From positions 49,104,001 to 49,168,000 of the forward strand of contig NC_058369.1 in NCBI RefSeq assembly GCF_018350175.1: a stretch of 64,000 nucleotides of DNA, read 5' to 3'. The DNA comes from Felis catus (Eukaryota). Below, one piece after another: positions 40,195-50,518 of this stretch (position 1 is the first letter of the stretch; every line of letters begins with the position of its first letter). The notes below the pieces were generated by a model. It was not told the origin of the DNA. It did no database searches and saw only the letters and a list, made by a program, of their open reading frames with translations. The translations under genes and the position numbers were made by a program.

Positions 40195-41643
40195 AGCCAA
40201 GGGGCCACATAGATAATTCTAATATGCATAGTGAAATTCATTCTAATTCCTCATTTCTTTTTCCCAGAATCTTTGCTATGTGGACATAGATAAGTGTTTT
40301 ATCAGACTTTGGCACTTGTGTATAAGTTTCAAAATTGGGATATTACCCAGTGAAATTGTAGTGGGGAACAGGCTCAGAATCTTCAGATTTTCCATTGTTG
40401 AAAATATGGCACAAACACTAATAAACAACAAACAGAGGCAAACAGCTGACAGGAAATGAACCAGATACTGTAGGAATGCTTATGGCAGAAGAGACGCACC
40501 TTCTGATTCCAGTGCTAGAGCTGTGCGAATGATTGGTGAGTGAGCTCATTAAATTTTAGTTCCTAATAAAGAGCTTTGAGACATGGAAGGAACTATTGTT
40601 TCATTTTGTCATAGAAATCCAGTTTCCCACTACAGCTGTTAGGAAAGGAAAATGTGAGGAAATGATTCCTTAACGGTGATGCTGGCAATCATTCTACCTG
40701 ACACAAAAGCACTGGTGTCTGTAACAGGTCCTCAGGTGCTTAAAATTGAAAATCGTCTCTCTAACGTGTCTGTGCACTCCCATTCAGCTTTATGTTCCAA
40801 CTGATCGCTTGGCTTATAATCAACAGTCAATTTTTTGATCCAGTGCTTTCCATTGCACTGGTCTAAAAATACCAGGTTAGTAGATGTACTAAAATAGCAA
40901 ATATGAAAGATTTTTGTTCCCCATAATAACACTATCTTTATTTTTATTTTTTTCCAGTGCCTACCACCCCAGAGCTAGAGAGAGAGTTTTCAAATAGTTT
41001 ATCTTTTAGAATAGCCTTTGTTACTTAGCAATTGATTTTTAATTGCCTGTAACATGCCAGGTCCTGAGACCCCAACAGCTGGGATTCATATCCCTCTTTT
41101 TTTTTATTTCTATGTATATTGATTGTCCTTACATTTCAATACATATGTACATTGTACTTTTCTAAAATATGTGTGTTTCCATCACCCTCCCAAACAATTC
41201 AGGAAATTTAGCATGATTTAACTTCTCTTTGATATGCACCAACTCCTGTCTTACTCATAGTTTTGGCCATTGAGTAAGTATACCAGTTCATATAGTTTGT
41301 ATTTTTTATATTTTGTTTAAAATTTTTAATTATTTTTATAAGTATCAAAATTATACACATATAAATGTCAATAATTTTTTAAAAACTTGCAACAAAAATA
41401 ATAGCATTCATCACCTTTTTTTTTCCATTTCCAAATACCCCTCATTAGAGAAAACTATTTCTAATATTTTTCAACGTTTTTTGGGGGGGGGTGGTTTGGA
41501 TATCCCTCTCCTTAAAAAAATTCTCTAGTGACTTTCCATTTATATTAATAGTGGTAATATTATTATGAATATTAGTATTGCCTCTCTGTCACCATCCAAA
41601 CTATAGCATTTAAACTCTTCCTTAGAAGCTATGAGATTTAGAA

Positions 41644-41866
41644 CAAGGGTCACAAACTGTGGCTGGCAGGCCAAATCCAACCAGCTGCTTGTTTTCATAA
41701 ATAAAGTTTTATTGGAACATAGCCACGTTCATTCATTTACATACTGCCAATGGCTGCTTTCGTGCTCCAAGGACAGAGTTCAGCAGTTGTGGCAGAGATC
41801 ATATGGCCTGCAAAGCAGATAATATTTATAACCTGGACTTGTACCAAAAGAAGTTTGCTGCCTCTG
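41644..41866. mobile_element. MER58A
   Basis: caagggtcacaaactgtggctggcaggccaaatcc...aataaagttttattggaacatagccac...aagtttgctgcctctg. Confidence 0.88.
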
Positions 41867-41899
41867 CTTTAGATGATGAGATGCCTTCCTATCTTTCTG

Positions 41900-42342
41900 A
41901 CCCTCATTTCCTATGCTTCTCATGCCCACTTACATCCCTTCATCTTGCTGATATTATGCCAGTCCCTGAACATACTGAGACCATTTTCTTCCCAGGAACT
42001 TTACATGGGGTGTACCATCTGTCCAGGATTCTGTAACCTAGAACTTTTCTTTCTCATCATTCAGATTTCAGCTTCTAGACTTCTCTGTGAGGGGTCTTTA
42101 CACTCTTGCATCTCAGGTAACGTTCTCTCCAACCCATTTGTATCCTATTTCTTCCTGTCTTTCATCAGTAACTAGTGTCAGTAATTGTTTTGCTCATGTA
42201 CTTTTTGCCTGCATGTCCTTATAAATATAAGTACCTTGAGTGTAAGTACTTAGTTTACTCTGGATCAGTAGGGCCCCCAACGGTGACTGGCATATAGCAA
42301 ATGCTCAGTAAATCTCAGTGGGTGGGGGATAAATGAATGAAT
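41900..42342 (+). mobile_element. L2 3' end
   Basis: ...gactggcatatagcaaatgctcagtaaat...aaatgaatgaat terminus. Confidence 0.65.
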
Positions 42343-42704
42343 CTATTTTGGAGGAAGATGCAACCCCTGACTTCAATATAAAACCATCAGAAAGTAGCTT
42401 TATAGCAAGAAATGAGAGAGATTGGTCTTCCTGGAGTAGTATGTCTATGAAGACTGCACAGACAAGGCAAATTTTCAAGCATGATCATGCATTCTTAGGT
42501 AGATAGAGGCTTTCTAAACTGAAGGAACTGATTGGGGAAATTATTTATTAAAACTAATTAATGATTAATATATAAAATATATCCAACCTCAAACCAGTTT
42601 TTAGTCTTCAGAATAGTAAAAATGAAAAAAAAAATCCAGTAATGCACACGGTGGTGAGGGAAAATGTATATTCTTATTAAATATAAATGGATGATAAAAT
42701 CTAT

Positions 42705-42842
42705 TTTTCCTTTCTCTAATTGACATATTTTTGACATATAATATTGTGTAAATTTAAGATACACAACATATTAATTTGATATGCTTATCTGTTGTAATAT
42801 GATTGCTATTGTAGCAACAATTAAGATCCCTATCACATTACT
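42705..42842 (-). mobile_element. L1MA-type 3' end fragment
   Basis: gacatataatattgtgtaaatttaagatacacaacat...gatatgctta...tgtaatatgatt...cctatcacatta. Confidence 0.7.
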
Positions 42843-43114
42843 AAACTGATCAAATCATAAGAAGGGCCCATTTAATGCTATGTACCAAGAGCTTTTAGAA
42901 TATGTATAACTTTTGACCTAGTAGTTCTACTTCTAGGAGTTGATGATGAGGAAGATATTGGAAAGTTTTCCAAAATTGGAGGTATCAGAATGCTAATCAG
43001 AATCCAAATGTCTGGCCAAAGAGAAGTGGTTAAATGCACTGTAGATCTTCCATACAATGTACTATTTATGAATGTTAAAAATGATGATGCAAATTATAAA
43101 GACTGGAATACCAG

Positions 43115-43480
43115 TGGTTGAGCATTCTCTGTGCATCAATCCCTAGACTGAATACTTTGTATATATTATCTCATTAAAACTCCACACCAAATTCTAAATA
43201 GATGTTAACATCCACCCATTTATATATGAGAAAACAGAGGCTTACAGAGGTTAAGTGATTCTGGTCCCAGATCTGGAAAAGGAGAAAGAAATTTGCTGAT
43301 CAAGGCCTTTCTCATATAACTACCATATTCAGGAGTACACACATTGACAGTAGAAACAGTCATTCCTGTTGCCCTGGAAAAATTACTTGATCTTTTTGTG
43401 CCTCAGTTTCCTTTGTTGTAAAATGAGAATGACAATCATATTTATTTAAAAGATTACCATAAGGATTGATGAGTTAACTA
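43115..43480. mobile_element. Two MIR fragments (43115-43270 minus; 43365-43480 plus)
   Basis: atgagaaaacagaggcttacagaggttaag; tgtgcctcagtttcctttgttgtaaaatgagaat. Confidence 0.7.
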
Positions 43481-43489
43481 ATTGCACAC

Positions 43490-43960
43490 GTGCACATGTA
43501 TCAGGCACTGTTGTATATGTGGAGGAAGCAGCAGGAAACAAAGGAGATAAATTTCCCAGTTTATACTCCAGTAATCCAGTGGAAGGAAGATAGAATTTAA
43601 ATAGATGAAAATACAGAGAATATTAAATTATGGCAAATAATATAAACACAAATACCAGGATGGGGGAAATGGTATTTGCAGTTTTGAATTGGTGTTCAGA
43701 GAAGTCTCCAATGAGAAGGTAAGATTTGGGCAGACATTTAAAGAAGAAAACTGTGAGGAGATATAAAAGAATATTCCACGTAGTGTGAATGGCAAGTGCA
43801 AAGGTGCTGAGGCAGAAACATGTCAGGAATATCTGAGAAATAACAAGGAGGATAGTATATATAAGAAAGGAGGAACATAGCGCTTGATAGGGATAGGAGA
43901 ATAGAGAACAAGACACCAGTTCATGTGGAATCAGATTGGTTGGAAAAGGAAGATTTTAGA
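43490..43960 (-). mobile_element. L2 fragment
   Basis: tatcaggcactgttg...tcagagaagtctccaatgagaaggtaagatttgggcagacattt...ggcaagtgcaaaggtgctgaggcag. Confidence 0.7.
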
Positions 43961-44577
43961 GGATTATGTATGGAGGCAAAATTATTTGATTTCAATTTTG
44001 AAAGGTTCAATGTGACATACATTTATTTCATATAAAGTAATCAGAACAGTGCCTACTACATGATAGATATTCAGTAAAGCTTAGGTATTTTTATTTGTGA
44101 TATTAACGTCATCATCTATCTTCCAGTTTCAGTATATCCAAAATTTCTTCCGGACTACTATATATTTTAAAAGAATAAGAAAAACTTCAACTTCCTTTAT
44201 CCTCTTATATGTTCATGTACGTGCCGTTGCCTCATTGCTTGAGAGAAGCCAGTTTGTGCTGGAAAATACAAAGACACTGAATTCTTGCATCAACCCTGTC
44301 CTGGCTCTCAGCCTAGGAACACCTAAACCTGAATAGACTTCAGCAGGCCAGTAACTTCCTTCCTGAGACCAGCCACTAGGGCTTCCATATGTAATTATGC
44401 AATAATGCAAATGTAGGATCTAGTAAGACTATGGAAGTCCCTTTAAAATAAGTGTATCTCTCTAGCTCTAATTCAACAATAACACGTTTTGCATTTAAAA
44501 TACTATTTGATGAGATCAGTGCTTGTGGCAACTGCCCCACAGGATTTCTTCTCTGGTGTTTTTAAAGTACAACTTTT

Positions 44578-44793
44578 AGGGGCGCCTGGGTGGCGCAGTC
44601 GGTTAAGCTTCCGACTTCAGCCAGGTCACGATCTCGCGGTCCGCGAGTTCGAGCCCCGCTTCAGGCTCTGGGCTGATGGCTCGGAGCCTGGAGCCTGTTT
44701 CTGATTCTGTGTCTCCCTCTCTCTCTGCCCCTCCCCCATTCATGCTCTGTCTCTCTCTGTCCCAAAAAATAAATAAACGTTAAAAAAAAAAAA
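44578..44793 (+). mobile_element. Young SINEC_Fc
   Basis: CpG-rich, consensus-like body; perfect 16-bp TSD TTAAAGTACAACTTTT (44562-44577 / 44794-44809). Confidence 0.97.
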
Positions 44794-44809
44794 TTAAAGT
44801 ACAACTTTT

Positions 44810-44943
44810 GGAGCCTGGGTATTTCAGTCCATTAAGCATCCAACTCTTGATTTGGGGTAATGTCATGATCTCTCAGTTCCTGAGATTGGTCCTTGTGTTG
44901 AGATTATCTCTGCTAGCAGCACAGAGCCTGCTTGGGATTCATT

Positions 44944-44988
<45 letters not shown>

Positions 44989-45054
44989 TCTCCCCCCCTC
45001 CCCTATTTTTATGCACACGCACTCTCTTAAAATAAATGAATAAACACACACACA
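44810..45054 (+). mobile_element. Older, diverged Can-SINE directly after the young one
   Basis: gagcctgggtatttcagtccattaagcatccaactcttgatttgggg...gagcctgcttgggattc...(CT)n...aaaataaatgaataaa; followed by AAAGTACAACTT (45055-45066). Confidence 0.88.
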
Positions 45055-45171
45055 AAAGTACAACTTAAACAAGTAGCAGATAGTCAAAGAATGGTCCCAT
45101 ATTTATAACCTTCTTTTCTTCTGATTTTCTGTGTTTATCCAGGTTGCTGTTTTTGACAGTTTCCAATTTCA

Positions 45172-45915
45172 AACATTCACTCATCACACAAATATTTATG
45201 GAAAGTCTAATATGTGTCAGGTATATTTCTAGGTGTTAGGGATGGAACAGTGAGAATAAGACAAATCCTTGACCTCAGGGAGATTCTATTCTGCTGGAAA
45301 AGTGAGATAGTATTCAAATAACTAGATAATGATAGGAAGAAATAGGGGAAATAAAGGAGAGTCTGGATAGACTTTGCAGAGGCTTATTATAGATGAGGGT
45401 GGTCAGGAGAACTTCTTGGAGGAGGTGCTGTTCAAGCAGAACTCTGCATGAAATGAGATAGCAGAGGCCAAGTTGTCAAGGGAAAACATGGGCAAAGTTG
45501 CTCAGAGATGATTGGCTTGAGAAATAGAATCTGGAGAGTAGAGGATGGAAGTAGGAAATGGGATGGGAAGGAAACAGGGGGATGTTTATGCAGGGCTTTA
45601 GAATCCATTCTGAGGGACATCTGGGTGACTCAGATGGTTAAGCATCTGACTTCAGCTCAGGTCATGATCTCGCGGTATGTGAGGTGTAGCCCCACATAGG
45701 GCTCTGTGCTGACAGCTCACAGTCTGAAGCCTGATTCAGATTCTGTGTCCCCCTCTCTTTCTACCCCTCCCCCCCTTTCTCTCTCAAAAATAAACATTAA
45801 AAAAATTTTAAAAATAGAATACATTCTGAGCAAGATGGGGAAAAATAGGAGTCTTCAAAGCCTGATTTATGTTTTAGAAAGACTACTTGTGCTGCATGTA
45901 AGGAGAAAACTGTAG
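45172..45915 (-). mobile_element. L2 fragment interrupted by a SINE
   Basis: cattcactcatcacacaaatatttatgg...atgtgtcagg...gacctcagggag...ggtggtcaggagaacttcttggaggaggtg. Confidence 0.75.
45614..45814 (+). mobile_element. Can-SINE
   Basis: gggacatctgggtgactcagatggttaag...; 16-bp TSD TAGAAT(C/A)CATTCTGAG (45599-45614 / 45815-45830). Confidence 0.94.
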
Positions 45916-46944
45916 AGGACCAGAAGCGGGGTCAGTTTCAGAAGCACACATACATTTGATAGAGATTTTGCAGCTATATTCTTGACATAATCCATGGAAG
46001 GAAAAACTGAAATGAAAGTGACTTACAGCATAAGCATCTCACTTTTCTACCTTTGGGGTACCCACTGTATCAGATCAATTAGGTAAGCAAGGTCCTACAA
46101 CTTCCCTGATGGAGGCAAATTCTACAGGTAATTACTCAGGGTTATGGACCCTAATTCTTGATTTTTTTTCCTTCTGAAAAGAGGTGGGTGTTTCAGGCCC
46201 CACCCACCTGCCAGGTGGCCCTCTGAGGTAGTTCCCTGATAGCAAATGAGCCTCCCACGTGTCTTCCTCCCCCATTCATTCAGCGCATTTTACAGAGCAC
46301 CTTGATACTCCACGTGCCATGTGTCAGGGTCACAGTGCTGGGCTGTGCAGGTTGTATCCTGCACAATCCCAGGGACTGCTGTTCATACAGACTATGATGG
46401 AAATGCTACTTCATGGAGTTGTACAGTGTGTAGCCTACACAACTGTACCTTATAGCCTGCCACTGTGCCAGGCACTGGAAATACAGATGAGCAAGAGATG
46501 ATCTTTTCAGTTTCCTGAGAACCTAGATTATAGTGATTATCCTTGTCTTGACTCTCTAATGAGGTCATTTGTTTCTTAGCATCTTTTCTGTAAATACAGA
46601 AGTGGCTGCATGGACAGCAGGGTGCATTTTCAAAAATACAAAACCTTTACACCTGTCTCCTAGACAGGCCTCTGGCAGGACACATTCTGGAAACCCATCA
46701 GAAACATTTCAGATCAAAGCAGGTAACAGGTGAAGCATCTGATCTGAGATTCTAGACACATCCCTGAGCACCATCTGGGCCTCTTGCTGAAACATCTGCA
46801 GGCTTTCTCAAAGCTCAGGGCCCTCACATCATGAGCAAGATGAGATACCCAGTCCAGGAGAAACCAGCAGATGGTGAGTTGCCTGACCTCTCACGAGGCT
46901 AAAAGTGTCAAGTCAACATCACTGTGGAAGGAGGGGTAAAGTCA

Positions 46945-47387
46945 NNNNNNNNNNNNNNNNNNNNNNNNNNNNNNNNNNNNNNNNNNNNNNNNNNNNNNNN
47001 NNNNNNNNNNNNNNNNNNNNNNNNNNNNNNNNNNNNNNNNNNNNNNNNNNNNNNNNNNNNNNNNNNNNNNNNNNNNNNNNNNNNNNNNNNNNNNNNNNNN
47101 NNNNNNNNNNNNNNNNNNNNNNNNNNNNNNNNNNNNNNNNNNNNNNNNNNNCCCGTCTTATGGGATCTATTCANNNNNNNNNNNNNNNNNNNNNNNNNNN
47201 NNNNNNNNNNNNNNNNNNNNNNNNNNNNNNNNNNNNNNNNNNNNNNNNNNNNNNNNNNNNNNNNNNNNNNNNNNNNNNNNNNNNNNNNNNNNNNNNNNNN
47301 NNNNNNNNNNNNNNNNNNNNNNNNNNNNNNNNNNNNNNNNNNNNNNNNNNNNNNNNNNNNNNNNNNNNNNNNNNNNNNNNNNNNNNN
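46945..47387. other. Two assembly gaps (207 N and 214 N) separated by a 22-bp island (47152-47173)
   Basis: N at 46945-47151, then cccgtcttatgggatctattca, then N at 47174-47387. Confidence 1.
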
Positions 47388-47660
47388 CACAACTGACAAG
47401 TTAGAGCTTTCATTCTAGTGAGGAAAACAGCTGACAGATAATTTCACATAGTCATATGTGCTCTGAAGAAACTAAACCAAGCTAATGACAATTGAGGGTG
47501 GCTGGGGGGAGCAGTGGTCCTTCGAATTTGTACTCATGAAAGGCTTCATGAGGGACTGAGTTACCCTGACTTTGTGATGAGAAGGACCCAGAGAGCAAAC
47601 AGGATCTGTTAAGCTTGTTCACACTGAGGTGCCAGATACTTTGTCTTCCCTTTTCTATTC

Positions 47661-47682
47661 TTTTCTTGTTTTTTTTGTTTTG

Positions 47683-47713
<31 letters not shown>

Positions 47714-47729
47714 TTTTTTTTTTTTTTTT
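47661..47729. repeat. (TTTTG)n plus poly-T tract
   Basis: Direct inspection. Confidence 0.95.
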
Positions 47730-47790
47730 GCCACATATTTGCTGAGCATCCACTTTAGGGAATAAAAGAGTTAAGGAATCAAATTTCCTG

Positions 47791-48009
47791 GTTTTTTTGT
47801 TTTTTTTGTTTTTTTTGGGGGGGGGGGACAGAGAGAGACAGAGCATGAACGGGGGAGGGGCAGAGAGAGAGGGAGACACAGAATCGGAAACAGGCTCCAG
47901 GCTCTGAGCCATCAGCCCAGAGCCTGACGTGGGGCTCGAACTCACGGACCGCGAGATCGTGACCTGGCTGAAGTCGGACGCTTAACCGACTGCGCCACCC
48001 AGGCGCCCC
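47791..48009 (-). mobile_element. Young SINEC_Fc with atypical tail
   Basis: Consensus-like CpG-rich body; 12-bp TSD TCAAATTTCCTG (47779-47790 / 48010-48021). Confidence 0.97.
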
Positions 48010-48406
48010 TCAAATTTCCTGTTTTTATAGCATTTTCATGCTCGTGCAGAGACCAATATTGAATTAATTAGCAAATGAGCATGTGATATGATATCAGTGG
48101 CTTAAATGTCGTGACATGATGGGTTGGAGAGAGAACATGTAGTTAGGTGAGGCCTCTGTAGGGAGTGACGTGTGTGCAAAGAACAAGGCAGAGCAAGGAG
48201 CTATGAATAAATCTCAGGGGGAGGTGGACAGTGGGGAGGAGTGCTCTAGACAAAGGGACACACAAGTGCAAGGGCAGGTGTTCAGGCAGAGGCAGGACTG
48301 ATAAGAGGAAGAGCCAGGGGGCTCATGTGTCTGTAGTAGAGCAGGCAGGAAGGTGTGCTAGAGGGAGCAGGAACCCGATAATTTAGCCATGGGCCATGAT
48401 GAGGAA

Positions 48407-49312
48407 TTTTTTTAAATTTTTTTTATTTAAATTCAAGTTAGTTAACATACAGTGTAGTCTTGACTTCAGGAGTAGAACCCAGTGACTCATCACTTACATA
48501 TAACACCCAGTGCTCATCCCAGCAAGTGCCCTCCTTAATGCCCATCAGCCATTTAGCCCATCCCCCCACCCATCTCCCAGCCTGCAACCCTCAGTTTGTT
48601 CTGTGTATAAGAGTCTCTTATGATTTGCCTCCCTCTCTGTTTTTATCTTATTTTATTTTTCCTTCCCTTCCCTTATGTTCATCTGTTTTGTTTCTTAAGT
48701 TCCATATATGAGTGAAATCGTATGATATTTGTCTTTCTCTGGCTGATTCATTTCATTCAGCCTAATACACTCTAGTTCCATCCACGTTGTTACAAATGGC
48801 AAGATTTTGTTCTTCTTGATCGCAGAGTAGCATTCCATTGTGTATAGATACCACCTCTCCTTTATTCATCAGTCATTGGACATTGTGCTCTTTCCATATT
48901 TGGCTATTGTTGATAGTGATGCTATAAACAGTGGGGTGAATGTACCCCTTGAAANNNNNNNNNNNNNNNNNNNNNNNNNNNNNNNNNNNNNNNNNNNNNN
49001 NNNNNNNNNNNNNNNNNNNNNNNNNNNNNNNNNNNNNNNNNNNNNNNNNNNNNNNNNNNNNNNNNNNNNNNNNNNNNNNNNNNNNNNNNNNNNNNNNNNN
49101 NNNNNNNNNNNNNNNNNNNNNNNNNNNNNNNNNNNNNNNNNNNNNNNNNNNNNNNNNNNNNNNNNNNNNNNNNNNNNNNNNNNNNNNNNNNNNNNNNNNN
49201 NNNNNNNNNNNNNNNNNNNNNNNNNNNNNNNNNCTTTGGGAAAGTGTCTATTCATGTCTTAAGCACATTTCTTAACTGAATTATTTGTTTCTTAGGTGTT
49301 GAGTTTGATAAG
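48407..49312 (-). mobile_element. Carnivore L1 (L1_Carn-like) 5'-truncated copy, about 0.9 kb, with internal gap
   Basis: T tail, aattcaagttagttaacatacagtgt...acacccagtgctcatccca...tcttaagttccatatatgagtgaaatc...cattccattgtgtat...gtgtctattcatgtc...gttgagtttgataag; degenerate TSD tgat(g/a)agga(a/g). Confidence 0.92.
48955..49233. other. Assembly gap (279 N) inside an L1 fragment
   Basis: Run of N with L1 ORF2-type sequence on both sides. Confidence 1.
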
Positions 49313-50389
49313 GAGCTAGAAGAGGAGCACCAAAAGGAATTTCAGTTGTATTATGTATTTTATGGAAGGTTTGAACAAGGGAATGACATGGTTTCACTTA
49401 TAGTTTACAAAGACTCTGTGGCTGTTAGGAGGAGAACAGTTTCTAGGGGTAAGAGTGGAAGCAGAGATGAGTCAGGGGCAATGACTAAAATCCAGGCAAG
49501 AGACAGTGGTCTCCTGGGCTGCAGTAATCCTGTTGTGGGTGTTGAAAGTGATTAGACTGTGGAGATATGAAGGTGGCCTGAACAGAATTTGGTGACTGCC
49601 TTTGTATGGAGTATTAAACAAAGGAGAGGAATCCAAATGAGCCCCACGATTGATTGTCAGTGTGAAGAGTTGGGTGGATAACAATGTCATTCCCTAAGAT
49701 GGAAGAGACTGCAGGAGGTGCTGGGAAGGTGCAATTTTGGACACATTAACTCTGAGATGCCTGTCAAAGATAGTGAAGATGTCGGTTAGGAGTTGGCTAT
49801 CCAACTCTGGAATTCAGGAGAGATGCTGGGAGTTATCAGATAACTAATGACACATTAAATCTTGAGACTCAATGAGGTCATTTAGGCATGAGACAGGAGA
49901 GTCAGAGAATGCTCCAATTTATAGAACTAGGGAAGAAGGGAGGTGGTGAGGGAGCTGCACAGGAACCTGCAGATAGAGATGTCCATATACCCAGGGAATA
50001 AAGCGGGGGGCGAGAAGGGAATGATGGAGTACTGATGAAAAGTTGAGAAAGATGCAAACTGAGATGTGAACATGGAATTGGGCAATGGGGTCATCCCAGA
50101 AGACCTTGCAGAGTGTTGTGCTGGAGTGACAGAGGTGAAAGCTTGACTAGAGTAGATGCAAGAGAGGATGGGAGGGGAGAGAGTTGGGTCAGTGAGTGTA
50201 GTGAAGGCTTCCAAGGGGGTTACTGTAATGATTCCATGAAAGACATAAATGTAGCTGCATAGACTCAAGTGACAGGTGGAGGTTATAAGCCTAAGGGAGA
50301 GTGTTTTCAAATGTTTGGATGATAAAGGTCTTGCACAGAGAGGAGATTTAATCACTAGTATAGTGATATGTGTGTTGTTCATTTGCTTA

Positions 50390-50518
50390 TCTGTTTTTAA
50401 CAACCCTTACAATCTTTTAAAAATGCAAAACACCATTCTTAGCTTCTGGGAAATACAAAAATACTCTTTGTATACAGGGCAGATATGGCCCATTGGCCAT
50501 AGTTTGCTGACCCCTGCA
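50390..50518. mobile_element. MER58-family fragment
   Basis: aaaaatgcaaaacaccattcttagct...atatggcccattggccatagtttgctgacccctg terminus. Confidence 0.7.

Larger units (their letters stand above)
48040..50340 (-). mobile_element. Long L2a relic interrupted by an L1
   Basis: aggcctctgtagggagtgac...gcaagggcagg...; after the L1: aagggaatgacatggtttcactt...atccaggcaagagacagtgg...ttttggacacatt...gagatgcctgt...ctctggaattcaggagag...ggaattgggcaatgggg. Confidence 0.75.

Noticed and set aside
46204-46218. Palindromic double E-box CCACCTG-C-CAGGTGG with a CTCF-like core
   Set aside because: Short, only a partial CTCF match, and expected by chance without conservation data.
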